Source: an uncultured Chloroflexia bacterium
GTDB taxonomy: Bacteria; Chloroflexota; Anaerolineae; Anaerolineales; UBA4823
Assembly (NCBI GenBank): GCA_963792075.1
Contig: CAWBUW010000007.1
Span: 974,429 to 1,038,428, forward strand
Direction: 5' to 3'
DNA length: 64,000 nucleotides
Of this stretch, positions 1 to 8,372 are shown one piece after another. Position 1 is the first letter of the stretch. Each line of letters begins with the position of its first letter. The position numbers were made by a program, and so were the translations under genes. The notes under the pieces are model-generated. The model made no database searches and was not told the DNA's origin. It saw nothing but the letters and a program-made list of their open reading frames with translations.

Positions 1-25
1 TTACGGTTTTTCGACCCCTACTTCT

Positions 26-1414
26 GTGCTGCATCCCACCCGTTATTGGATGCAGTCGCTGCCCTTCATGATCCCAGGGCTGCCCCTTTGGTTTCACCGC
101 CTGTGGCAGGTGCTGCTCTGGCTGCTGACGTCCTTCGGCTGCGGTCTTTTATTGGCCTGGCGGCTGCGCCGGCGCGGCGCTCCGCTGCAGGGGTGGCTGC
201 CTGGGCTGGCCCTGACCGGCTGGACCTTCTTGTTTTTGATGCAGGGCCCGGTGTATTACCACCTGCTGGTCATGCCGCTGCTGCTCCTGTGGGGTGTGCA
301 AACGCGCCGCTTTGGCCGGACTCTGCTGGTCGTGCTCCTGGCTTCTGCCTGGGCCGGCATCAGCCGCATCAACTGGTATCCCATGCCGGGACTCATTGCC
401 GCCACCTTGTATTTCCTCGAACAGCCGCTCGAGAGCGCCGTCAAAACGGGGCTCCGGCCAGCCCTGGCGCGCATGCTGCGTTATTTAATGCCACCCGCTG
501 CCTGGACTCTGCTCGGCGCCGGCGCGGCTTACCTGGCCAACAACCTGTACATCCTGCTCTCGGGCAATCCTGCCGGCCAGTTCGGCTCTTCGTTTACATC
601 CGATCTGCTCTGGTACCGGCTATATCCCAACCCCACGTATCCCGAAGGCATCTTGCGCTCCGTGATCCTGGTGTCCATGCCTCTGGGCCTGGTCATCCTC
701 TACCATATCTGGCAGCAGCGCCGCGCCTATCACGGACTGCGTCTGCTTGGGCTGGCCGCCATCCTGCTGATCGTCCTGGCGGTTGGGCTGGTCGTCTCAG
801 TCAAGATCGGTGGCGGGTCAAATTTGCATAACCTGGATGCCTACCTGGTGCTGCTCTGGCTGGTAGGGGCTTACGCTTTTTACGGCGTGCTGGCTCCTGA
901 ACAAACCCGGCCGCGGCCCGTCGTCCTCTTCGAACCGCTCGCCTGGGCGGCCCTGGCCATGCCGCTTTCAATCGCTCTCACTTTCGGCGCGCCTTTCGGA
1001 CATCGCGATCTGACTGCCCCGCTCGCCGATTTGCAGACACTGCGCAGCGTGCTTGCTACTGCCCAAGGCGATGTCCTTTTCATCAACCAGCGCCAACTGC
1101 TCACTTTTGGCGAAGTGCAAGGCATCCGCCTGCAGCCAGACTATGAAGTCGTTTTCCTGATGGAGATGGTGATGGGCAACAACCAGCCTTACCTGCAAGG
1201 GTTTTATTCCCGCCTGGCCGCGCACCAATACGCCATGATCGTCAGCGATAATGTCAAAGTCATCTACAAAGGCAGCGACTACTCCTTTGGCGAGGAAAAC
1301 GATGTCTGGGACTCGCGTGTCTCCGAGCCGCTGCTCTGCTATTATGAACCAAGCTTGAGCCTCCCCTCGGTTGGCGTCCAGGTGCTCGTACCTCGCCAGG
1401 AGAATTGCAAATGA
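26..1414 (+). CDS. polytopic membrane protein, probably 5'-partial
   Basis: 462-aa ORF with many hydrophobic helices. The frame has no stop between the window edge and nt 26. Its TGA overlaps the next ATG (ATGA at 1411-1414). Confidence 0.6.
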   Translation: MLHPTRYWMQSLPFMIPGLPLWFHRLWQVLLWLLTSFGCGLLLAWRLRRRGAPLQGWLPGLALTGWTFLFLMQGPVYYHLLVMPLLLLWGVQTRRFGRTLLVVLLASAWAGISRINWYPMPGLIAATLYFLEQPLESAVKTGLRPALARMLRYLMPPAAWTLLGAGAAYLANNLYILLSGNPAGQFGSSFTSDLLWYRLYPNPTYPEGILRSVILVSMPLGLVILYHIWQQRRAYHGLRLLGLAAILLIVLAVGLVVSVKIGGGSNLHNLDAYLVLLWLVGAYAFYGVLAPEQTRPRPVVLFEPLAWAALAMPLSIALTFGAPFGHRDLTAPLADLQTLRSVLATAQGDVLFINQRQLLTFGEVQGIRLQPDYEVVFLMEMVMGNNQPYLQGFYSRLAAHQYAMIVSDNVKVIYKGSDYSFGEENDVWDSRVSEPLLCYYEPSLSLPSVGVQVLVPRQENCK

Positions 1415-2259
1415 AATCAGATCCGGGCTTACGCTTTTCCAAGTATCACGGCCTGGGGAATGATTACCTGGTGATTCCTGCGCCGCTGGCAGCGCTGCCT
1501 CTCGCCGAAATCCAACGCATCTGCCACCGCAACTTCGGCATCGGCAGCGACGGCATCCTGGTACCGGTAACGCCTCCGTCTGGAGCTCCCTGGCCCGGCG
1601 CGGTCTTTGCGGTGCGCATCTTTAACCCGGATGGCTCTGAAGCCGAGAAAAGCGGCAACGGTCTGCGCATCTTCGCCCGCTGGCTGTTCGACCAGCGCCA
1701 GGTCGCCGAAGAGCCCTTCGCCATCTGGGTGCCCGGCGGTTGGGTGCGGGCGCGCGTCGCTCCCGGTGGCTCTCCCATTACCGTGGACATGGGCCGGGCC
1801 AGCTTCGACAGCGCAAGTATCCCGGTGAATGGTCCGCCGCGCCAGGTGATAGATGAACCATTGATCGTCGGCGCTGAGACGCTGCGCATCTGCGCAGTAA
1901 ATCTGGGCAACCCCCACTGCGTGGTGCTCAATGCTCCCGTGGACGAAGCGACTGCCCGCCGCCTCGGTCAGCTGATCGAGACCCACCCCGCATTTCCCAA
2001 CCGCACCAACGTGCAGTTTCTGCATGTAATCGACCGGGCAAATATCGAGATCCAGATCTGGGAGCGCGGCGCGGGCTATACTTTAGCTTCTGGTTCCTCT
2101 TCGTGCGCTGCCGCCATATCAGCTCACCGTATGGGCTGGGTCGATACGGAAATCACCGTGCACTGCCCCGGCGGGCAACTCCAGGTGAGCCTCCATCCGG
2201 ATAATAACATCACCTTAACCGGGCCGGTCGTGCACATTGCGGACGGAGTGCTGGTGTAA
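1411..2259 (+). CDS. diaminopimelate epimerase (DapF) family protein; both catalytic Cys positions are Ser
   Basis: Motifs FSKYHGLGNDYLVI, NPDGSEAEKSGNGLRIFARW, LGNPHCVV and ERGAGYTLASGSSSCAAA. AGGAGA lies 7 nt before the ATG at 1411. Ser codons AGC at 1651-1653 and TCT at 2089-2091 sit where DapF has Cys. Confidence 0.8.
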   Translation: MKSDPGLRFSKYHGLGNDYLVIPAPLAALPLAEIQRICHRNFGIGSDGILVPVTPPSGAPWPGAVFAVRIFNPDGSEAEKSGNGLRIFARWLFDQRQVAEEPFAIWVPGGWVRARVAPGGSPITVDMGRASFDSASIPVNGPPRQVIDEPLIVGAETLRICAVNLGNPHCVVLNAPVDEATARRLGQLIETHPAFPNRTNVQFLHVIDRANIEIQIWERGAGYTLASGSSSCAAAISAHRMGWVDTEITVHCPGGQLQVSLHPDNNITLTGPVVHIADGVLV

Positions 2260-2262
2260 CTC

Positions 2263-3312
2263 TTACTCTGTCTCGGTCACTTTATGGATCGAGCGCGGCG
2301 CTTCGGTATTGTAGCCTTTCACCTGCGTCAAAAAGCAGGCGAAAAGCTGCGCCGGAATAATGGCCGGGATCGGGCTGAGCCACTCAGGGATACCCGCCGG
2401 CAGCGACATCGGCGACTGCGCCTCGGCTAATATCTCTGCCCGGTCTGAGATCACCACCAATTCAGCTTTGTGCTGGCGGCGCAGCTTCTGGAGCAGGGGC
2501 AGGAAGTTCTCATACACCTTTCCCGAGGGGACGATTGCCAGGATCGGGAAACCCAACTCGACGATGGCGATGGGGCCGTGTTGGAAATCCGCCGAAGAAT
2601 ACGGCTCGGCGACGACGTAGGTGAGCTCCTTCAACTTAAGCGACCATTCGAATGCGGTGGCATAGTTATACCCTCGCCCAAGCACCACACAGCGTTCCAT
2701 ATAGCGATAGCGTTCAGCCAGGCGCGCAATCTTCTCCTGCCCGGCGAGCACCGTGCGCACCCACATCGGTACCTGTTGCAGAGTCGCGGTCATTTCCTTC
2801 CGCCGCGCGCCGTCCGGCTGCATCGCCGCAGCCAGCATGGCGATGGTCATTAACTCGGCGGTGTAGGTCTTTGTCGCAGCCACTGCGGCTTCGACCCCCG
2901 CGTTGATATCGATCACCCATTCGCCCGCTTTTGCCAGCGGCGAGTCCGGCTCATTGGTGATGACCAGCCCCTTTGCGCCCTGCGCCCTGCCTTCTTCCAG
3001 TACACTGACAATATCCGGCGACTGTCCGGACTGAGAGACGCCCACGATCAACGCACCCTGCAGCCGCGGCGGCGCTTCGTAAAGGGTAAACAATGAGGGC
3101 GCCGCCAGCGCAACTGCCAGCCCGTTCAGCGAACCCCATACATAATTAGCATATCGACCTGCGTTATCTGAAGTGCCGCGGGCCGCCAGGAATACGTATT
3201 TCGGTTGATATGCCTGGATTTCGGCAGCGATTTTTTCAACCAGTCCCATCTGCTTGTCTAATAGCGCAGCCAGGATATGGCCTTGTTCTTGGATTTCATC
3301 GATCAGCGGCAT
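2263..3312 (-). CDS. SIS-domain sugar-phosphate isomerase/deaminase (GlmS isomerase-domain-like, NagB-II type)
   Basis: ARGTSDNAG, VGVSQSGQSPD and a second SIS half; no glutaminase domain. Adjacent to and co-oriented with nagA. Confidence 0.75.
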   Translation of the reverse strand: MPLIDEIQEQGHILAALLDKQMGLVEKIAAEIQAYQPKYVFLAARGTSDNAGRYANYVWGSLNGLAVALAAPSLFTLYEAPPRLQGALIVGVSQSGQSPDIVSVLEEGRAQGAKGLVITNEPDSPLAKAGEWVIDINAGVEAAVAATKTYTAELMTIAMLAAAMQPDGARRKEMTATLQQVPMWVRTVLAGQEKIARLAERYRYMERCVVLGRGYNYATAFEWSLKLKELTYVVAEPYSSADFQHGPIAIVELGFPILAIVPSGKVYENFLPLLQKLRRQHKAELVVISDRAEILAEAQSPMSLPAGIPEWLSPIPAIIPAQLFACFLTQVKGYNTEAPRSIHKVTETE

Positions 3313-3322
3313 GCTTTCCTCT

Positions 3323-4471
3323 TTAATTTGCCTGGTAAACCATTTCCCCTGCGACCATCGTCTTGACCACGTGTCCTTCGGGTGTCAGCAGCACCAGGTC
3401 GGCGTCTGCGCCAGCTTCAAGCAGGCCCTTGCCCTGCAAGCCCAGTCCGCGGGCAGGAGTGGAGGTAACACAGCGCAGCACTGCATCCAATGGGCTGCCC
3501 GTCCAGGCGCACAGATTGCGCAGCGCCTGGTCCAGCGTGACGATGCTGCCCGCCAGGGTGCCGTCGGCCAGTCGCGCCGAGGTTTTATCTACCTGCACTT
3601 CATAATCACCCAGGCGGTACACGCCCATCGGCATACCCATCGCAGCCATCGCATCCGTCACCACCACCAGGCGCTCGCTGCCCATGATCTTCCAAATCAG
3701 GCGCACCACACCAGGGTGGACGTGGATCCCGTCCGGGATCAACCCGGCGTAGATGCGGCTGTCTTCCAGCAGCGCCGCTGCCAGCCCAGGAGAGCGATGG
3801 TCGAGCGGTGGCTGGGCATTGAACAGGTGGGTACCGAAGGTCACCCCTTCTTCGAATGCAACCTTCGCCTGTTCGTAGGTCGCCAGCGAGTGCCCCGCGC
3901 TGACCGTCACCCCACGCGCCCGTAAAGCCCGCACCACCTCCAGCGCGCCGGGCTGCTCTGGCGCCAGGGTCACTAACACCACGCCGTTCTGCCGCGTCCA
4001 GCCCTCGATCACCTCGAGGGAAGGGGGAACGATGTAGTTCGCATTGTGCGCGCCCTTTTTCCCCGGATTGATCATCGGCCCTTCCAGGTGAAACCCCAAA
4101 GGCTGTGATCCCCGCCAGCCAGGGGGTGGTCCCTGGTGAAACACTTCTAATGCGTGTATCACCGTGGCATGCGGGCTGGTAATCACCGTGGGCAGGAAAG
4201 ACGTGATGCCGTAGCGCGGCAGCTTCGCAGCTACTTCCCAGAGCGCATCCGGCGCTTCGGTGAAGTCTTTCCCGAACCCGCCGTTGAGCTGGATCTCGAT
4301 CAGCCCTGGCGCCAGCACCAATCCCGATGCATCCAGCTTCTCCGCGCCGCTGGGGGCTTCCAGCGTATCCACGGTGCCGGTGGCAGCAATCTTTTTCCCC
4401 TGCACCAACAGGGCTCCGGCCTCTAGCTTACCCCGCGGCGTGATAACCGCCGCCCCATGAATATACAGCAT
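3323..4471 (-). CDS. nagA: N-acetylglucosamine-6-phosphate deacetylase
   Basis: GLIEIQLNGGFG, HLEGPMINP, SAGHS, THLFNAQ and DGIHVHP, which are typical NagA amidohydrolase motifs. Confidence 0.88.
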   Translation of the reverse strand: MLYIHGAAVITPRGKLEAGALLVQGKKIAATGTVDTLEAPSGAEKLDASGLVLAPGLIEIQLNGGFGKDFTEAPDALWEVAAKLPRYGITSFLPTVITSPHATVIHALEVFHQGPPPGWRGSQPLGFHLEGPMINPGKKGAHNANYIVPPSLEVIEGWTRQNGVVLVTLAPEQPGALEVVRALRARGVTVSAGHSLATYEQAKVAFEEGVTFGTHLFNAQPPLDHRSPGLAAALLEDSRIYAGLIPDGIHVHPGVVRLIWKIMGSERLVVVTDAMAAMGMPMGVYRLGDYEVQVDKTSARLADGTLAGSIVTLDQALRNLCAWTGSPLDAVLRCVTSTPARGLGLQGKGLLEAGADADLVLLTPEGHVVKTMVAGEMVYQAN

Positions 4472-4525
4472 AAGACACTCCAGTATCTATGTTTGATCTA
4501 CTGCCCGGCGGACCGCACAGCGGCG

Positions 4526-5650
4526 TTAACCCGTCTGCAGTGTGAAGTAAAAAGTACTGCCATTCCCCGGTGTTGATTCAACGCCGACAGTACCCCCCAG
4601 CTTGGTGATAATCCGCTCAACGATCGTCAGACCCAGGCCGTGCCCGCTGGCGCGCTCTTTGTGCAACCTGGAGAACGGCTTGAACAGCAAAGCGGTCTCT
4701 TCAGGAGACAGCCCGGACCCATTATCCTTGACTTGAAAACGCACCAGGCGGCCATCACTGAACGGGGTTGACTCCAGGTCCAGAAATGGCGGCTCCCCGC
4801 CGTATTTTATGGCGTTGCTGATATAGTTCATCCATACTTGCTCGATCCACGGTGCGTACCCCATCGCAGTCGGCCAGCTTGCCGGCATCGCAATCCGTGC
4901 CTTGCTTTGATCGATCTCCGGTTGCAGCCGGTGGAGGACTTCATCGACCACCTTGCCCATCGAGACCGGCTCCAGTTCCACTACTTGCTGGCGCACTCCC
5001 GACAGCAGCAGCAGACTCTCGATGATCTCGTTCATCTTGAAGCCACCATCATAAATCCACTTGCATATATCATCCAAAGCGGATTCATCTAACATCTTCC
5101 GTCGCTGCAACAACTCCGCGTACCCCATGATATTGTTCAAGGGATTCTTTAGATCGTGCGCCACCGTGTGCGCAAACGCATCCAGCTCCTCATTCTGCCG
5201 TTGTAAAACCACCACCTGTTTCTGGAGATCACGGTTGGCGCGCTCGAGCTGGCGCCGCAAACTGCGCAGCGTCAGGTGGGTCTTAACCCTGGCCAACACC
5301 TCCTCCACCTGGAAGGGCTTGGTAATGTAATCCGCACCTCCCAGGGAAAAGCCGCGCATCTTGGATTCCAATTGGTCCAGCGCGCTGATGAAGATGATCG
5401 GGATCTCACGCGTCCGGTCGTTCATCTTCAGTTCCTGGCAGGTCTGGTAGCCGTCCATATCCGGCATCATCACATCCAGCAGGATCAGGTCAGGCGTGAT
5501 TGTCTTGGCGGCGCGCAGCGCGGCTGCACCCGAGTTGGCTACACGCACATCGTAGCCTACCTGAGAGAGCATTTGAGCCAGCAGCCTCAGATTGGCGGGG
5601 GTATCATCCACCACCATCACGATCGGTTTTGAATTAATAAAATCACTCAT
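4526..5650 (-). CDS. hybrid response-regulator receiver / histidine kinase
   Basis: N-terminal REC (VMVVDDTPANL...DLILLDVMMPDMDG...KP), HisKA (FAHTVAHDLKNPL) and HATPase_c (DNGSGL...GHGLGLTIV). Start chosen at MSDFINSK (ATG at 5650); the ORF opens at 5761. Confidence 0.85.
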   Translation of the reverse strand: MSDFINSKPIVMVVDDTPANLRLLAQMLSQVGYDVRVANSGAAALRAAKTITPDLILLDVMMPDMDGYQTCQELKMNDRTREIPIIFISALDQLESKMRGFSLGGADYITKPFQVEEVLARVKTHLTLRSLRRQLERANRDLQKQVVVLQRQNEELDAFAHTVAHDLKNPLNNIMGYAELLQRRKMLDESALDDICKWIYDGGFKMNEIIESLLLLSGVRQQVVELEPVSMGKVVDEVLHRLQPEIDQSKARIAMPASWPTAMGYAPWIEQVWMNYISNAIKYGGEPPFLDLESTPFSDGRLVRFQVKDNGSGLSPEETALLFKPFSRLHKERASGHGLGLTIVERIITKLGGTVGVESTPGNGSTFYFTLQTG

Positions 5651-5790
5651 TTTGATTATTAGCTTTCCAGCAATTGCCGTGGAAGGGGGGATTAGTGGCC
5701 CTTCGTCACAACAACTCCCCTTGTACCAGAATATTGTACAGCCACCGTGAAAGGTGGTCAAGTGATAAAATGATCGAAAAGGAGACCTGC

Positions 5791-7323
5791 ATGCACGAAA
5801 AATACATCACCCTCAAAAACCACCTGGCGGAGATCCAGGACCTGGGCAAGGCCAGCGGTTTGCTCGGCTGGGACCAGCGCACCATGATGCCAACCAAAGC
5901 CAGCAGTCTGCGCTCTGAACAAATGGCCACGCTGGCCAAGGTCATCCACCAGATGTTCACCTCCCCTGAGGTCGGCCACCTGCTGGAGGAGCTTCGCCCC
6001 TACGAGCAGAGCCTGCCCTTTGATTCCGATGAGGCCAGCCTGATCCGTGTGGCCCGCCGCGACTTCGAAAAGGCCACCCGCGTCCCCACCGAGCTGCGCA
6101 TGGCGCTGGCCCGCGCCGGCTCCAAAGGTACGCAAGTCTGGATCCAGGCGCGCAAAGAATCGAACTTCGCCATGTTCCTGCCTGCGCTGGAAGAGGTCAT
6201 CGAGCTGAAACGCCGCTATATTGAGTGTTTCCCACGGATCGAAGACGATCCTGCGGCCAGCGTCTACGACCCGCTGCTCGACGACTTCGAACCCGGCATG
6301 AAAACCCAAACGGTGCGCGCCATCTTCGACGAGCTGAAGCGCGACCTCGTCCCGCTCATCCGTGCCCTTTCGGCCCGGGCCGGCGAAGTGGATGATGCTG
6401 TGCTGCATGGGCATTTCCCCCAGGAGCAGCAGCGCTCCTTTGTGATCAGTATCCTGGAACGTTTCGGTTTCAACCCCGATACCTTCCGCCTGGACCCCAC
6501 GGTGCACCCGTTTGCATCCTCGCTGGGGACCACGGATATCCGCCTGACCACCCGCTACAATGAAGATTTCATCAACGCCTGTCTCTTCGGCTCGATGCAC
6601 GAATGCGGCCACGGTTTATACGAGAACGGCGTCAGCCCGGCCTTAGAGCGCACGCTCCTGTGCCGGGGCGCATCCAGCGCCACGCACAAATCACAGTCCC
6701 GCATGTGGGAGAACCTGGTCGGGCGTTCGCGACCCTTCTGGTCTTTCTTCTACCCCCGCCTGCAGACCGCCTTCCCCGAGCAGTTCGGCCGGGTGAAGAT
6801 GGAAACCTTCTACCGCGCCATCAACAAAGTCCAACCTTCCTTCATCCGCGTCGAAGCCGACGAAGTCACCTATGGCATCCACATCATCTTGCGCTTCGAG
6901 CTGGAGCAGGAAGTCTTCGAAGGCCGGCTGGCGCCAAAAGACCTGCCCGAAGCCTGGCGCTCCCGCTTCAAAGAATACCTGGGCCTGGAAATCCCGAACG
7001 ATGCCCAGGGTGTGCTGCAGGATATCCACTGGTCTTCCGGGATGTTCGGCTACTTCCCCACCTACCAGTTAGGCAACATCGTTGCCTCCCAGCTCTGGGA
7101 AGCCGCCCTGGCAGATATGCCCGGCCTGTACGACCAGTTCGCCCGGGGTGAATTCACCCCCCTGCGCGAGTGGCTGCGTGCCCACCTCCACCAATATGGC
7201 CGCAAGTACACTCCGCTGGAGACGCTCGGCAAAGCGCTGGGCCAGGATGGAGCAGCGGCCATCCAGGTCGCCCCTTACCTGCGCTACCTCAAAGCCAAAT
7301 TTGGAGATATCTATTCTCTTTAG
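5791..7323 (+). CDS. carboxypeptidase Taq-type (M32) metallopeptidase
   Basis: HECGHGLYE zinc motif, IRVEADEVTY and DIHWSSGMFGYFPTYQLGN. GGAGAC lies before the ATG at 5791; alternative starts are at 5770 and 5674. Confidence 0.88.
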   Translation: MHEKYITLKNHLAEIQDLGKASGLLGWDQRTMMPTKASSLRSEQMATLAKVIHQMFTSPEVGHLLEELRPYEQSLPFDSDEASLIRVARRDFEKATRVPTELRMALARAGSKGTQVWIQARKESNFAMFLPALEEVIELKRRYIECFPRIEDDPAASVYDPLLDDFEPGMKTQTVRAIFDELKRDLVPLIRALSARAGEVDDAVLHGHFPQEQQRSFVISILERFGFNPDTFRLDPTVHPFASSLGTTDIRLTTRYNEDFINACLFGSMHECGHGLYENGVSPALERTLLCRGASSATHKSQSRMWENLVGRSRPFWSFFYPRLQTAFPEQFGRVKMETFYRAINKVQPSFIRVEADEVTYGIHIILRFELEQEVFEGRLAPKDLPEAWRSRFKEYLGLEIPNDAQGVLQDIHWSSGMFGYFPTYQLGNIVASQLWEAALADMPGLYDQFARGEFTPLREWLRAHLHQYGRKYTPLETLGKALGQDGAAAIQVAPYLRYLKAKFGDIYSL

Positions 7324-7325
7324 AT

Positions 7326-7368
7326 GTGTGGTGTTTTGCGCATGCTTCGCATGCGCAAAACACCACAC
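7326..7368. terminator. perfect 20-bp-stem hairpin between convergent genes
   Basis: gtgtggtgttttgcgcatgc-ttc-gcatgcgcaaaacaccacac, located between stops at 7323 (+) and 7374 (-). Confidence 0.6.
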
Positions 7369-7373
7369 TATTA

Positions 7374-8216
7374 TTAATCCTTGTGACTGGAGAGGCGCAA
7401 AGCTTTCGCTTCTTCCAGCGTAAACAGGTTATCCGGTCCCCGGTCTGAGGCGGCGTACACGGTGGTATCCGCAAAGTTGAGCTGCGCGGTCACCTGGTCT
7501 TTGACTTCCTTCCCCTCGACCGCTTTCTTTAGCTCGCCGAACATCCCAAAGAGCAAGTCCACCGGTTTGCCCTGCCAGAGGAGCCAATGGTGTTTCTCAA
7601 AAACCCAATGGGCGCCATGGTCCACGTTGCCGGTCTTGAGCTGTTTGTCAATGATCCTGCCGCCCCCCTCGATAAAGATAAACCCTTCCAAATCGCGCTG
7701 CTCCAGCTTGATCCCCAGGGCTTCCCAGGCGACCAGGCGGAACTCGGTCAGCAGAGTCTCGCAGTCGCCTTTGCCCTCGAAAGGCTTATTCTCGGTGAAG
7801 TTGTATTCGAAGTCCTTTCGCTCGAAGAAATTCTGGGCCAGGTGCTTCAGGGCCTCCTCTTCGCTCAATCCGCCATGCATCCCCTCCAGCCAGGCCGTCC
7901 TTTCGTGGTGCGACTGGATATAAGCCTCCAGGCGCTGGTTGCGCTCAGCCTCCGTCGCCTCAGCATACGGCACAGGCCCTTTCCTGGAACCTTCCCGCTC
8001 TTCAGGCCCTTCCCCTAGCAGAGCGCTGGACTGCTGGTTGCCCACCGTCCGCTGCAACTGCAGCGCCTGGTCTTTGCTCAGGCCGTGAGGGTCCTGCCGG
8101 GCGCGCTGGACCAACGCCTGGATATTGGCCGGCTGCGGAAGCAGCTCACCATCCCCCCGCCCGCCTCGGCGGCGGCGTGACTTTCGAAATACTCGCGAGC
8201 GCGCCGGCATGGACAT
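7374..8216 (-). CDS. hypothetical protein with basic N-terminus and LQLQRTVGNQ leader motif (DUF4157-style N-terminal motif), unknown C-terminal domain
   Basis: 280-aa ORF. The motif ALQLQRTVGNQQSSALLG sits about 60 aa from the N-terminus. There is no HExxH. Confidence 0.65.
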   Translation of the reverse strand: MSMPARSRVFRKSRRRRGGRGDGELLPQPANIQALVQRARQDPHGLSKDQALQLQRTVGNQQSSALLGEGPEEREGSRKGPVPYAEATEAERNQRLEAYIQSHHERTAWLEGMHGGLSEEEALKHLAQNFFERKDFEYNFTENKPFEGKGDCETLLTEFRLVAWEALGIKLEQRDLEGFIFIEGGGRIIDKQLKTGNVDHGAHWVFEKHHWLLWQGKPVDLLFGMFGELKKAVEGKEVKDQVTAQLNFADTTVYAASDRGPDNLFTLEEAKALRLSSHKD

Positions 8217-8263
8217 TTCTCACCTCCTATAACAAATAGAGTCAAGGTGTATAATCTATAATT

Positions 8264-8330
8264 GATTTTGTTAGGTAGTGTGTGCAGCGGCGACGCCGCC
8301 GCACACACTACCAAAATAATTTTCGGATAG
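8264..8330. repeat. palindromic repeat element, copy 1 (imperfect)
   Basis: gattttgttaggtagtgtgtgcagcggcgacgccgccgcacacactaccaaaataattttcggatag. Related to 47357-47425, including the trailing aattttcggata. Confidence 0.7.
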
Positions 8331-8372
8331 GCTCCTATTCCCAATTATACGCCAGGGAGGTTAAAAAACGAT

